Virus record (IMG/VR): IMGVR_UViG_3300012665_000674
Location: 8,599-72,598 of that record
Strand: one strand, 5' to 3'
DNA: 64,000 bases
DNA from: a virus
Lineage: Duplodnaviria; Caudoviricetes
The notes beneath the pieces were generated by a model. That model searched no databases. It was not told the origin of the DNA and saw only the letters and a program-made list of their open reading frames with translations. Positions 1-10,014 of the stretch are shown here, in pieces. The position numbers and the translations under genes were made by a program. Position 1 is the first letter of the stretch, and every line of letters starts with the position of its first letter.

Positions 1-103
1 TTGTAACCTTTAGGTCTAAGTGTTGTGCTTCCTGTGATCCTATGGATAGGTTGCCGCCTTCAAGTAGGCATTTACGGCTTTCAAGTATTGCGGCTATTTT
101 CAT
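1..103 (-). CDS. hypothetical protein, 5' part only (runs off the window); possible capsid-internal protein
   Basis: ATG at 103, two nt after the stop of 105..467; reads MKIAAILESRKCLLEGGNLSIG; has I/L-x-E motifs. Confidence 0.6.
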   Translation of the reverse strand, partial: MKIAAILESRKCLLEGGNLSIGSQEAQHLDLKVT

Positions 104-104
104 T

Positions 105-467
105 TTAGTAGCTCAATTTTACGAAATTGACTAATCCTTGTTGGAAGTCTTCTACCTTAGCCCGCATATAAACAAAATTACCTTGTATATTGGTATAAAC
201 ACTTGCGTTTGCATTTTGCTCACTATTAGCTTCTAATGTATACACATTAAACCAATCTGTACTATTAGGATTTGATGCTAAACTTGCTTGGATGACAATA
301 TTTCCAGTACAATTAGTTAAATTAATATTAACTGTTTGCAGGTCTCTGTTTCCTAAATAATAGGCAGCGGCTGGTTGTGTATTGCCTGTTACAGTGTAGG
401 GTGCCCCATTACCAGGATTCTGATAAGCAGTTTGAGGTAACAGTACAAGTGTAGTAGTTTGGCTCAT
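105..467 (-). CDS. hypothetical beta-rich protein, probably virion-associated
   Basis: 120 aa ORF; resembles the C-terminal domain of 51763..52524. Confidence 0.6.
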   Translation of the reverse strand: MSQTTTLVLLPQTAYQNPGNGAPYTVTGNTQPAAAYYLGNRDLQTVNINLTNCTGNIVIQASLASNPNSTDWFNVYTLEANSEQNANASVYTNIQGNFVYMRAKVEDFQQGLVNFVKLSY

Positions 468-634
468 TATGCTCGTACCACTTCTACGACAACTGCGTCA
501 CCGACTAGTTCTTGTGCTACCTGCTCTAATGCTTGTTGAATGTCATGACCAGCGATACCGGAAACGTCTGTTTCACTGTCCTTGACGATTTTACTAAATT
601 TAATGACGATAACGTCCTCTACAATCTGTGCCAT
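467..634 (-). CDS. small hypothetical protein (55 aa), absent from the ORF track
   Basis: MAQIVEDVIVIKFSKIVKD...VVEVVRA*; GGAG RBS; TAATG overlap with the next gene. Confidence 0.75.
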   Translation of the reverse strand: MAQIVEDVIVIKFSKIVKDSETDVSGIAGHDIQQALEQVAQELVGDAVVVEVVRA

Positions 635-637
635 GAA

Positions 638-663
638 AAATACTCCATTATAGAGTATTTATC
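638..663 (-). promoter_or_regulatory. late promoter GATAAATA with RBS-occluding hairpin
   Basis: GATAAATA at 663-656; AAATACTC/GAGTATTT stem covers the GGAG RBS. Confidence 0.6.
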
Positions 664-666
664 ATT

Positions 667-1392
667 CTAAACAAGTTCTGGACGCTTTTCTAATTTATAT
701 CGTTTTCCAAGATGTTCCCCGTGCATTAATGCTAGATAACTCAATGTGCTTTCATTATCATAGTCAATAAAATGACTTGAACTAGAATATCTATACCGCC
801 AACTACTAGCAGCATTATTATAGCCTTTTAACCATATTTTTAATGAATTACTTGGATGCAGGGATTTTGTTCTACCGAACAACTCTGTTAAATCTTTGCA
901 AAAGTTTTGTGGTATAACTTTTGATTTTAAATAAATTCTGTAGGGATATTTAGGTTCATTTACAAAATGCTTTACTCCCGCAAACTGTGATTTTTGAACC
1001 TCAGTATAATCATATGCTAGATTAGCATCAATGGTTTCAATTGTTTTTAACAAAGATAAATCATTGCAAAAAATAGAAACTGTGTCACGTTCAATTCGAA
1101 TGGTTGCAGACTTTTCTTTACGTCTGAGATTTCTCCATTCAATATATGCTTTTATAGATTCTAGATTTTTAGTAACATCAGGTTTATCTTTTTTATTAAT
1201 TACTTGCCAACCAGTAGTTGCAGTATACCGAGTCATGAAGTCTGCTACAGATTTTGCATACCACGTATAACGCACACCGGGTAAACGAAACCGTACCCTG
1301 TATGCGTATTTGTTGTAATAATCATCATCACGGTAATCGTAAAAATCAATTCCCGGAACGTTGTCAACTGACTTCAATAATCCCATTTTCAT
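667..1392 (-). CDS. hypothetical protein
   Basis: 241 aa ORF overlapping the clpA end; no recognised family. Confidence 0.7.
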   Translation of the reverse strand: MKMGLLKSVDNVPGIDFYDYRDDDYYNKYAYRVRFRLPGVRYTWYAKSVADFMTRYTATTGWQVINKKDKPDVTKNLESIKAYIEWRNLRRKEKSATIRIERDTVSIFCNDLSLLKTIETIDANLAYDYTEVQKSQFAGVKHFVNEPKYPYRIYLKSKVIPQNFCKDLTELFGRTKSLHPSNSLKIWLKGYNNAASSWRYRYSSSSHFIDYDNESTLSYLALMHGEHLGKRYKLEKRPELV

Positions 1393-3628
1393 TTACCTTA
1401 GCTGTGAGTTTTTGTGCAACCGTAAAATCAACTTTATCTTCATTCATAATAACAGTAATTGTACTATTTTTGATTCGCTCAAACAATACTTTTTTACTTA
1501 ACGGTACCCTAATTAATTCATCAATCTTGCGTGATAGTGGACGTGCGCCCATCTTTTTATCATATCCTTGCTCAGCCAAATAATTGATAACGGGTTCAGT
1601 AAGTGTAAGACTAATATTATGTTTTTCAATGAGGCTCTTTTTCAAGTCATCAGTAAACTTAATTACAATCTTCTTAATAGCAAGTGTGTCAAGTTTATTG
1701 AATTTGCAAATCAAATCAACACGGTTTCTAAACTCAGGTTTAAAGAATTCTTTCAATGCTTTATCATCTTCACCTTGTTTTTCTTGTGCTCCAAAGCCAA
1801 TGTTATTACGTTCTCCGTCAGCACTACCCAAGTTACTAGTCATAATGATAATAGCATTTTTACAGTTAACTTTTTTACCGTTACTTCCTGTAATCTGACC
1901 TTCATCTAACATCTGCAAAAAGATATTAAAGATATCAGGGTGTGCTTTTTCAACTTCGTCAAACAACATGATAGCATGTGGGTTCTTACTTAAGTCGCTA
2001 ATCAAACGACCACCGCCAACTTGACTATCACCGAAGCCAACATAACCAGGGGGAGGGCCGATCAAACTTGATACTGAGTGCTTCTCACCGTATTCACTCA
2101 TATCATATTTGAGCAATGGCATGTCAAGGTTCTTACTTAACAACTTAGCCAATTCTGTTTTACCTGTACCTGTTGGTCCTAAGAACAAGAAACTACCTGT
2201 TGGTTTAGTGTCATTGCCGATACCAGCAAAGTTAACATAGATACGTTCCAATACTTGCTGAACAGTTTCATCCTGTCCATACAACTTACCTTTGATGTTA
2301 ATTTCAAGATTATTGATGAGGTCAAAGTTATCACCTTTCATCTTGTCTGCCGGCACACCTGTGAACTTCTCAACTTGGTCAAACACAAGTTCTTTAGTAA
2401 TCAATGCACCCTTATTGCCTGCAACACGTTGTTTAGCACAAGCCGCATCAAGCAAGTCAATACTCTTGTCGGGATTCTTGCGGTCATGAATATAGCGTCC
2501 TGATGATTCTACTGCGGCTTTAATTGCATCCTCAGTAATCTCAACACTATGGAAGTCATTCAACCGTGTACTAAGTCCTGAAAGAATTCTAATAGTTGAA
2601 TCAGGAGAGGGCTCATCAATTGCTACACGATAGAACCTACGCATCAAGGCACGATCCTTCTCAAAACTTTCGTAGTACTCTTCCCATGTAGTACTTGCAA
2701 TAACCTTTAGTGTACCTTTAGTGATAGCAGGCTTAATCATGTTAGCAAAGTCAACACTACCATTGTTTGCTGAACCTGCACCCTGCATGGTATGTGCTTC
2801 GTCAATGAAAAGAATTGCTTTCTTTTTAGTATTCAATGCATCCAATACCGCTTTTACTTTTTCCTCAAAGTCACCTCGATATTTACTTCCTGCAAGTAGT
2901 GAGCCTACTTCCAAACTATAGACAGCGTGATCCTTAAGGAACTCGGGTCCATCACCATTTTGAATTAAGCTAGCAAGACCTTCTGCAATAGCAGTTTTAC
3001 CAACACCCGGATCACCAACCATCAATACGTTTGCTTTAAATCGTTTAGCTAGTACGTTGACAATATCATCAAGTTCTTTGCTACGACCAATCAATGGTTC
3101 AAGTTTACCTTGTTCAGCAAGTTGTGACAAGTTGATAGTGTATTCTTCTAATATTTCGTCGGCTTGATTTTCACTAAGATGTGAAGTATGCTCACCACCT
3201 TTATAATGTTTCTGCCAGTATGCAACAAATTCATTTTTATTAATGCCGTATTTTAGTAGAAAGTAATGTGCATGGCTATTACCTTCTGCGGCAATACTTA
3301 GATATAAATCAATCGTAGTTACTTGTCTACGACCGGTGAACAATACTTGTGTGACACTACGATTAATGACACGTTCTAGGCTATTTGTTTTGCGTGGCAC
3401 TACTTCATCAGTTGCAGAAATAATAGCGTGTAAGCTATCTAAGTATGCAGTGATTTCTTGTTCCATTGTATCAATGTCTGCACCAAAACCACCCACACAT
3501 TTTTTAAATGGGGGATATGTAATTAATGCAAGTAATAGATGTTCAACAGTAACGTACTGTTGTTTTCTAGTTTTAGCAGATTCAATCGCTTGTTCAATGA
3601 TGCTTTCGATTTCTGGTGAGTTTATCAT
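1364..3628 (-). CDS. clpA: ATP-dependent Clp protease ATPase subunit (ClpA-like)
   Basis: Clp N-domain (VTVEHLLLAL), two AAA+ modules (GDPGVGKT, LFIDEAH; GPTGTGKT, LFDEVEKAH), IGF loop, GARPL. Confidence 0.95.
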   Translation of the reverse strand: MINSPEIESIIEQAIESAKTRKQQYVTVEHLLLALITYPPFKKCVGGFGADIDTMEQEITAYLDSLHAIISATDEVVPRKTNSLERVINRSVTQVLFTGRRQVTTIDLYLSIAAEGNSHAHYFLLKYGINKNEFVAYWQKHYKGGEHTSHLSENQADEILEEYTINLSQLAEQGKLEPLIGRSKELDDIVNVLAKRFKANVLMVGDPGVGKTAIAEGLASLIQNGDGPEFLKDHAVYSLEVGSLLAGSKYRGDFEEKVKAVLDALNTKKKAILFIDEAHTMQGAGSANNGSVDFANMIKPAITKGTLKVIASTTWEEYYESFEKDRALMRRFYRVAIDEPSPDSTIRILSGLSTRLNDFHSVEITEDAIKAAVESSGRYIHDRKNPDKSIDLLDAACAKQRVAGNKGALITKELVFDQVEKFTGVPADKMKGDNFDLINNLEINIKGKLYGQDETVQQVLERIYVNFAGIGNDTKPTGSFLFLGPTGTGKTELAKLLSKNLDMPLLKYDMSEYGEKHSVSSLIGPPPGYVGFGDSQVGGGRLISDLSKNPHAIMLFDEVEKAHPDIFNIFLQMLDEGQITGSNGKKVNCKNAIIIMTSNLGSADGERNNIGFGAQEKQGEDDKALKEFFKPEFRNRVDLICKFNKLDTLAIKKIVIKFTDDLKKSLIEKHNISLTLTEPVINYLAEQGYDKKMGARPLSRKIDELIRVPLSKKVLFERIKNSTITVIMNEDKVDFTVAQKLTAKVNENGIIEVS

Positions 3629-3643
3629 ATTAACTTCCTTTTA

Positions 3644-4435
3644 TTATTTAGATTGAAGAATGCTTGTAACAATTTGTTCATCGATTATATCAGGAACAAA
3701 TGGTTTAAGCAATATTATTTGGTCTCCGTACTGACTAGTACCGTAGACGGGCATACCCTGTCCTGCAATTTTTAATTGCACATATGGTTGTGTTTTTGGT
3801 TTTATAGATACTTCAAATGTTTTTCCCGAAATAGTAGTAAATTCAAATGTAGTTCCTGTTATCAAATCAAGCACTGACATTGCAATATTGCAAACCAAAT
3901 CGTGGTTCTTTCTTTCAAACTTAAGATCAGGTTGAATTCTAAATTCAACCATTAATGAAGCACCGTCGATTGCATTATCAATTCTAATTTGATTCCCATT
4001 TTGAACACCTTTCGGTATTTGAATTTTTACCAAGTGTGTATTAGTTGGGGTTTGTAATTTCAATGTTTGTTCTTCACCGAAATATACTTGTTGTAATGTT
4101 GTTTGAACACTAGTTCTAAAAACTTGTTGTTGTGGTCTTTGTTGTCTATTTTGATGTTGCTGAAACATATCAAAGAAATCAGCAAATCCACCTGAACTAA
4201 ATGGGAAACCACCGGGTGTACCTTGATTAAAATGAAACCCTTGTGGCATAGGGTTATCATATTGTTGTCGTTGATTTGGATCGCTTAATATACGATATGC
4301 TTCTTCGATCTTTTGAAACGTGGAAGTATCACCACCCTTATCCGGGTGATGTTTACTTGCCAATCTGCGATATGCTTTTTTGATATCATCAGGTGTAGCG
4401 TTTTTATCAACACCTAAAGTTACGTAATGGTCCAT
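3644..4435 (-). CDS. dnaJ: class B DnaJ/CbpA-like co-chaperone
   Basis: J domain with HPD (KHHPDKGG), G/F linker, C-terminal domain, no Zn finger. Confidence 0.92.
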   Translation of the reverse strand: MDHYVTLGVDKNATPDDIKKAYRRLASKHHPDKGGDTSTFQKIEEAYRILSDPNQRQQYDNPMPQGFHFNQGTPGGFPFSSGGFADFFDMFQQHQNRQQRPQQQVFRTSVQTTLQQVYFGEEQTLKLQTPTNTHLVKIQIPKGVQNGNQIRIDNAIDGASLMVEFRIQPDLKFERKNHDLVCNIAMSVLDLITGTTFEFTTISGKTFEVSIKPKTQPYVQLKIAGQGMPVYGTSQYGDQIILLKPFVPDIIDEQIVTSILQSK

Positions 4436-4441
4436 TCATTG

Positions 4442-4470
4442 AGTATAGCAAATATTATTGCTATTGTCAA
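4442..4470 (-). promoter_or_regulatory. sigma70-type promoter of dnaJ-clpA, predicted leaderless
   Basis: TTGACA-17-TATACT, 6 nt before the ATG; inverted repeat ATAGCAA-N6-TTGCTAT overlaps it. Confidence 0.75.
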
Positions 4471-4476
4471 TATTTA

Positions 4477-5088
4477 TTAAGATTTTCCTTCAATCTTTTC
4501 TTTTGTGCGTCCATAGGCTGCGATACCAAGAACTGCACCCATTGCAATATGGTACAAGCCTGCACCTTGCAATGTTAAGGGTTGCCACTGACTAGTCACG
4601 TTACCGTGTGTTAGTGCTTGTAGTAAACTCCATAATATAGGAAATACAACAAAGTCCATAGTACAAGTTAGCATATAGATCCAACCCATAACTGGACGCC
4701 ATTTTTTATTAATCCAATCTGTGTTGTCGTTAGCTACTAATACGTCTGCACCACTGGCTGCATTAGTAGGAGCCGCACCTGTCAATACTGGTTGACTACC
4801 GGTTGATTGATTAATATTTGTTGTACTTCCAAATCCTGTTGTGGGCGGTACTGCACCGAATCCCGGACTTGATGTACCAAAATTACTGGGCCCGAATACG
4901 CCTGTCGAAGGTAAGCCAGATGTTGAAGGCCCGGTGAATATGTTGGTTGTTGCATTTATATCTCCGAATGAGCTACCTTGAGGGAATTGAGCAATGCTAG
5001 GATCACTTGCTAATGCTTCGTGATGGTCATCGTTAGTTGCTAATGGATTTTCAAATCCTGATTTTTTGGGTAATATTGTTGTTGCCAT
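4477..5088 (-). CDS. holin-like membrane protein (GTA 3TM-holin-like) with low-complexity N-terminus
   Basis: WINKKWRPVMGW, hydrophobic helices, LGIAAYGRTKEK tail. Confidence 0.65.
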   Translation of the reverse strand: MATTILPKKSGFENPLATNDDHHEALASDPSIAQFPQGSSFGDINATTNIFTGPSTSGLPSTGVFGPSNFGTSSPGFGAVPPTTGFGSTTNINQSTGSQPVLTGAAPTNAASGADVLVANDNTDWINKKWRPVMGWIYMLTCTMDFVVFPILWSLLQALTHGNVTSQWQPLTLQGAGLYHIAMGAVLGIAAYGRTKEKIEGKS

Positions 5089-5089
5089 A

Positions 5090-5638
5090 TTATAATCCTG
5101 CCATAGATTTAAAGGCTCTTAACTCAGCATCTTGTTCTGGTAAAACTTTAACTGGTTCAAGCCCTGCTTTCTGACGCATTTCGTTTAATTCTTCTTCACT
5201 TTCTTCTTCTACACGATATTCATGTGGGCTTATAGTGATAACTTGTTTTAACTGTTCAACGTCAGGTTCATATTCTTCTTCATTAACTTCAACTGTCCAT
5301 TCGTCTAAATCCATGTCAGTTAATGTTTTTAAATCTTCTAAAAGTTCTACAATTCTTTCGGGTACTTTACTTCTGCGTTTCATTTCTACAAATACTAAAT
5401 GCTGCCCTGGCGCTAATTGACCATCACTTAAACTAGCATCAAGTATCCAGTCATACCCACGTTCAAACCAATCAACTAAATCATTTCCTGCGGCTTCACT
5501 CGTAACAATGAATGCTAGTGTTACAATCTCGCTATCTCTACCCATTTTTGCCGCATATTCATCTACAGAAACGTTAGGTTCTATTTGATCTACCATATCC
5601 AGATAATCTAAGCCTTCATTAATAATTCTTTTATTCAT
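5090..5638 (-). CDS. hypothetical acidic protein
   Basis: 182 aa; N-terminal IINE motif. Confidence 0.75.
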   Translation of the reverse strand: MNKRIINEGLDYLDMVDQIEPNVSVDEYAAKMGRDSEIVTLAFIVTSEAAGNDLVDWFERGYDWILDASLSDGQLAPGQHLVFVEMKRRSKVPERIVELLEDLKTLTDMDLDEWTVEVNEEEYEPDVEQLKQVITISPHEYRVEEESEEELNEMRQKAGLEPVKVLPEQDAELRAFKSMAGL

Positions 5639-5647
5639 ACTTTACCT

Positions 5648-6256
5648 TTAAACGGGCGGAGGGGGTGCTTGCGGTGGTGCCATCATACCGGCATCTGCTG
5701 GTAATGATTGGCCATTTTGCCCGTCATCTAAATTATCATCTTTTTGTAAATCTTTATCGTATGCGTCATCGATTTCTTGTAGGTCAATTGTGTCGCCGGC
5801 TAAGTCAATTGAACCTTCTTTAATGTCATCTAGTAAATCTTTAGGAACTTCAATATAAACAAACCAAACTTTTCTAGGAGCCATTTTAGGATATCTTGTT
5901 CCCGGCTTGTAATCGTCATAGTCTTTTACTTCTACGGGAACTTCAATCTTTGATTTTGCAAACTTTACTTTACAACCAATTGAAACTAATCTTTTAGCAC
6001 CTTTTGGATCAGGCATCAAATTATATGGCCACATGAAAATACAACTAACTGTGTATCTACGGACATTAGGTCCTTGGACCAACTCGCCTAAATCCCAATT
6101 TCTAAAGGCGTATAAATCTGATTCGTCTAATACTCTCTCATAATCTAAAAGAGTGTTCATAGAACCATCACTGGTAAAAATACCTTTTACTGTGCTGATT
6201 ATACTAACGTAATCAACATTGTCAAAAAAGTTGTCTGCTGTTTCATGGTGCTTCAT
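5648..6256 (-). CDS. hypothetical protein (start probably MKHHET at 6256)
   Basis: ORF track gives 6310; GATAAATA (6269-6262) lies 5 nt before the ATG at 6256. Confidence 0.7.
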   Translation of the reverse strand: MKHHETADNFFDNVDYVSIISTVKGIFTSDGSMNTLLDYERVLDESDLYAFRNWDLGELVQGPNVRRYTVSCIFMWPYNLMPDPKGAKRLVSIGCKVKFAKSKIEVPVEVKDYDDYKPGTRYPKMAPRKVWFVYIEVPKDLLDDIKEGSIDLAGDTIDLQEIDDAYDKDLQKDDNLDDGQNGQSLPADAGMMAPPQAPPPPV

Positions 6257-6428
6257 TATTATATTTATCTTTAATTGAATATTAGCACTAATAAGAGTCT
6301 TTGGTGCCATGCAGCCTAATATTTAGTCTAAACAAATGTGTTAAAAGTATGCTACTTTGCATAGTGAATAGCCTCTTAAATAGATTTGAATGTTATGAGC
6401 ATTCATGCTCTTAAAAAGGAGAAATAAC

Positions 6429-7217
6429 TTGAGCAAACGTAAAACAAGCGCATTACGCACACCGGAACAAGACACACGATTTTCACACAGTAGAAAAAAA
6501 GATGAGCAAACATTTTATACGAAAGAGTCAAAAACAATAGATTTCTCACAAGCACATAAGATTATGCGGGTAAACACAAAACCCGTTCAACTAGTCCCAA
6601 AATCTCTAAACCAAGAAAAATACATCCTAGCTTTACTAGACGAATCCACAGATATAGTGGTTGTTACAGGTCCAGCAGGCACGGGTAAAACATACTTGGC
6701 TATGCAGGCAGCAATCAAGGCCTTAAGAAGTGGTGACTGTGATAGAATTATATTGACACGACCTGCTATAGGTGTTGATGATGAAAAACATGGATTCTTG
6801 CCCGGGGATATCAATCAAAAGATGGAACCGTGGACTAGACCGTTATTAGACGTATTGCGTGAGTATTATACCACTAAGGAAATTACCCACATGCTAGAAG
6901 AACAAATAGTGGAGATTGCGCCCCTAGCATTCTGTCGAGGTAGAAATTTCAAGAATAGTTGGATAGTATTAGATGAAGCGCAAAATGCAACTCCTGGTCA
7001 ACTCAAAATGATTATGACTAGAATCGGCGTTAACAGTAAGATTGTAATTACTGGTGACATTGAACAAACCGATAGAAAAACAGCCGACAATGGGCTACTA
7101 GACTTACAAAATCGATTGAGGAAGGGGGTGATTCCAGGGTTGCAATTATGCCACTTTGAACTGAAAGATGTTCAACGTCATAAGATTATTGAACACGTAC
7201 TTAGAATGTATACGTAA
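6429..7217 (+). CDS. phoH: PhoH-family ATPase
   Basis: GPAGTGKT, GFLPGD, RGRNF, LDEAQN, TGDIEQ motifs; AGGAG RBS before TTG at 6429. Confidence 0.95.
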   Translation: MSKRKTSALRTPEQDTRFSHSRKKDEQTFYTKESKTIDFSQAHKIMRVNTKPVQLVPKSLNQEKYILALLDESTDIVVVTGPAGTGKTYLAMQAAIKALRSGDCDRIILTRPAIGVDDEKHGFLPGDINQKMEPWTRPLLDVLREYYTTKEITHMLEEQIVEIAPLAFCRGRNFKNSWIVLDEAQNATPGQLKMIMTRIGVNSKIVITGDIEQTDRKTADNGLLDLQNRLRKGVIPGLQLCHFELKDVQRHKIIEHVLRMYT

Positions 7218-7218
7218 A

Positions 7219-7245
7219 ATAAAAGGGGCTTTATGCCCCTTTTAT
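7219..7245. terminator. bidirectional intrinsic terminator
   Basis: ATAAAAGGGGC-TTTAT-GCCCCTTTTAT between convergent genes. Confidence 0.8.
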
Positions 7246-8175
7246 ATTCCAATTAATAACTTTGGTATTTGCTAGTTTATTTTTAAAATCAGACACTTCA
7301 GCTAAAGTAGTCGGCAAAGGTCTGTCACTAATACTTTCAAGTTGTCCTATTTTCATGTATCCAAATGCAATTTTTGGATCAGCTATGTCTATCCCAAAAT
7401 AATCAAACCCACCTTTTGCTTCATAGAAAGTCTTCCATCGTTGCATGTATGCAAGTTTTCTTTCTTCTGTATGTGAAATATAATCAAAGAAATGCATCCG
7501 TACGCTTGCAGTAAACTCACGTTGTGGAACAAATTGATCTTTGGGGCATTCAAAATCATTGGTTATAAAAAGTTCTTGTGCATGTTTACCCACATGACAA
7601 TAATGTATCATTAAATCACCAAATAAAAAATAACTGGTAAATAAGTTATATCCTTCTTCAGGAATGGGTATTCTAACAAAAGTTGACTTATTGAAATCTA
7701 AGCCAATTCTAAAAGCAGGAGTAATAACAGGTTCTTCACCCGATGATGTCCAAAAGCTAGCCAAGCATGATTCTAACCAATGAATTATATCGTTGTATTC
7801 AGTTAAAAATCCCCATAAATGTTCATAGTTTTTGTCATTTACTAAATGAGGGAAATGAACATGCATAATGTGTAATGCATGACTCCAATTAGATTCAGTT
7901 ATTTCAACTTTGTAAATTTGATCCGGTATATTGCTATTAATAATATCTGATAGCTGATATAATCTTTGTATTCTAGAATCGATTAAGTCTCTAGAAGCAT
8001 AACCTGTATAATGATTTAATGGACAGCAATCATCAATAGTACAAGATTGAATTAAAGTTGCCCATTGGTCAACTACTGTATGCTCTACTAAATTGTAGAC
8101 TAGCGTTATGTTATCAGTAAAATTTACTTCAAACTTTTTGTGTAGCGTCATTATTTGCTTTTTCAAGTTGGTCAA
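7231..8175 (-). CDS. hypothetical protein (start uncertain)
   Basis: 314 aa ORF with His/Cys clusters (HIMHVHF, HYCHVGKH). Confidence 0.7.
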   Translation of the reverse strand: MTNLKKQIMTLHKKFEVNFTDNITLVYNLVEHTVVDQWATLIQSCTIDDCCPLNHYTGYASRDLIDSRIQRLYQLSDIINSNIPDQIYKVEITESNWSHALHIMHVHFPHLVNDKNYEHLWGFLTEYNDIIHWLESCLASFWTSSGEEPVITPAFRIGLDFNKSTFVRIPIPEEGYNLFTSYFLFGDLMIHYCHVGKHAQELFITNDFECPKDQFVPQREFTASVRMHFFDYISHTEERKLAYMQRWKTFYEAKGGFDYFGIDIADPKIAFGYMKIGQLESISDRPLPTTLAEVSDFKNKLANTKVINWNIKGA

Positions 8176-8395
8176 TTAATGTAGGATAAATGCGTTTGTA
8201 GTATTCATTCATTTTAACCCAATCACTGTCAACTGTTTTACCTTCAATAATGCACTTATCAATTTTCTTTTTAGCATAATCTAAAATAACGTTGCAAGAC
8301 TGTACATCAGATGTGCGTACTTTTTTACTGATGGTAACTTGTTCATCAATTTGACCGTTTGGTTTTCTTATAAATGTTATTAATAAGTATCTCAT
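8129..8395 (-). CDS. hypothetical protein
   Basis: 88 aa; ATGA overlap with the clamp loader gene. Confidence 0.75.
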   Translation of the reverse strand: MRYLLITFIRKPNGQIDEQVTISKKVRTSDVQSCNVILDYAKKKIDKCIIEGKTVDSDWVKMNEYYKRIYPTLIDQLEKANNDATQKV

Positions 8396-9318
8396 GTTGT
8401 TAGTTCTACTAATGTTGCTGCCATTGATATCTCGGGGATACCAACTAATGGTAAGTTTGCAAGACCATTACGAATAACGATAATACTTGCATCACGTTTC
8501 TCTTGCGTCTTACCCCACAAATCTAGATTGTCATACATCCATTTGTATGTATCTTCAATACGTGTAGGATAGAGTGCGATATACTGCATTAATTGTTGGC
8601 GACCTTCAAGTATTTTACCAGACTTAAATAGGGCTGTTGCTTCCAACAACAACTCATGTTCGCTATTTCCTTCTGCTTGTGGTGCCAACAACTTGCCAGT
8701 ACTGCTATTTACTTGTAATTGATTCAGACATTTACGCAAGTCTGGATAACTTACACGTACATAGCTGTCTAAATCATCTAAATCAAATTCTACGTTTTCA
8801 CTTACTAATACAGTAGCCGCACGTGCAGTAAATTCTGTACGATCTGGCTTTGCAATGTGAAATTTATGACAACGACTTTCTCGCAATGCAGGAATAATTT
8901 TATGCTCGTAATTACATGTTAAGATAAAACGAACAGTTTGTGCATATGCTTCCATATCATTACGCAATGCCGCTTGAAATTCTGATGAAGTATAATCTGC
9001 TTCATCTAACAGAATGACTTTGAATTTACCAAAGGGCATTGTTTGTGCAAAGCCATTGATTTTTTCTCTAACAATCGCAACACCGTTTTCACGACTTGCA
9101 TTGATTTCCATTACATCATAATCTTCTACGCCCAACTCTTTGATTAAGACTTTTGCAAGTGTAGTTTTACCTGTACCCGGATCACCTGAGAACAACAAGT
9201 GAGGAATAGAACCATCTTTGATCCAACCTTCTACTTGTTGCTTTTGCCGTTCATCAACGAATACATAATCATTGATTGAACTAGGACGATACTTTTCTAC
9301 CCAAAGTTGATTTTTCAT
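8392..9318 (-). CDS. gp44: sliding clamp loader ATPase subunit (T4 gp44/RFC-like)
   Basis: LWVEKYRP, GDPGTGKTT, INAS, LLDEAD, SRC. Confidence 0.95.
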   Translation of the reverse strand: MKNQLWVEKYRPSSINDYVFVDERQKQQVEGWIKDGSIPHLLFSGDPGTGKTTLAKVLIKELGVEDYDVMEINASRENGVAIVREKINGFAQTMPFGKFKVILLDEADYTSSEFQAALRNDMEAYAQTVRFILTCNYEHKIIPALRESRCHKFHIAKPDRTEFTARAATVLVSENVEFDLDDLDSYVRVSYPDLRKCLNQLQVNSSTGKLLAPQAEGNSEHELLLEATALFKSGKILEGRQQLMQYIALYPTRIEDTYKWMYDNLDLWGKTQEKRDASIIVIRNGLANLPLVGIPEISMAATLVELTT

Positions 9319-10004
9319 TTACGGTCGCCAAATAGTTGTAGTAAGTTAATAAACAAGTTAATAAAATCCATATATAGAGTTAATGCACCACTGATTTCTG
9401 CGGCTGGTGCAGTATCTTCACTTAGTTCTTCACGTATCTTCTGTGTGTCATATGCAGTTAATCCTAAGAAAATGATAATAGCTAATGATGAAATCACCAT
9501 CTGCATTACAGTTGATCCTATGAAGATGTTGATTATACTAGCAATAACGATTGCAATCAAGCCAACAAACATAAATTTGCCCATACTATCTAAACTACGC
9601 TTAGTAAAGTACCCATAAAAACTCATAACTCCAAACAGTATTGCCGCACCCATAAAAGCTGACACAATACTGCCCATAGTGAATATAGCAAAGATTGTAG
9701 CAAAACTCAATCCCATTAATGCCGCAAAACTATGCAAGCATAACTGTGCTAGACCTTTACTAGGATTGTTAGCTAGTACCATAGAAATGCCAAGTATTGC
9801 TAATAATGGTGCAAAGATTACAATCCATTTTGTTATACCTGTAAAAAAGAACTGCAATAATTCTGGTGTAGTTCCTACCCAGTAACTAACTAGCATGGAC
9901 ACAATAACTGCTAAACTCATGTGTCCGTAAACGCGGCCCATTGCTGAATTAATTTCTTCAGCACTTCTATATGTTGGTGTTGTTTCAAAAATTGTAGAAT
10001 CCAT
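9315..10004 (-). CDS. Bax inhibitor-1/YccA family membrane protein
   Basis: about 7 TM helices; YDTQKI and ALTLYMDFINLF motifs. Confidence 0.92.
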   Translation of the reverse strand: MDSTIFETTPTYRSAEEINSAMGRVYGHMSLAVIVSMLVSYWVGTTPELLQFFFTGITKWIVIFAPLLAILGISMVLANNPSKGLAQLCLHSFAALMGLSFATIFAIFTMGSIVSAFMGAAILFGVMSFYGYFTKRSLDSMGKFMFVGLIAIVIASIINIFIGSTVMQMVISSLAIIIFLGLTAYDTQKIREELSEDTAPAAEISGALTLYMDFINLFINLLQLFGDRK

Positions 10005-10014
10005 AATTTTCTCC

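Noticed and set aside
4445-4464. CIRCE/HrcA heat-shock operator
   Set aside because: Only TAGCA/TGCTA matches; arm sequence and spacing differ from TTAGCACTC-N9-GAGTGCTAA
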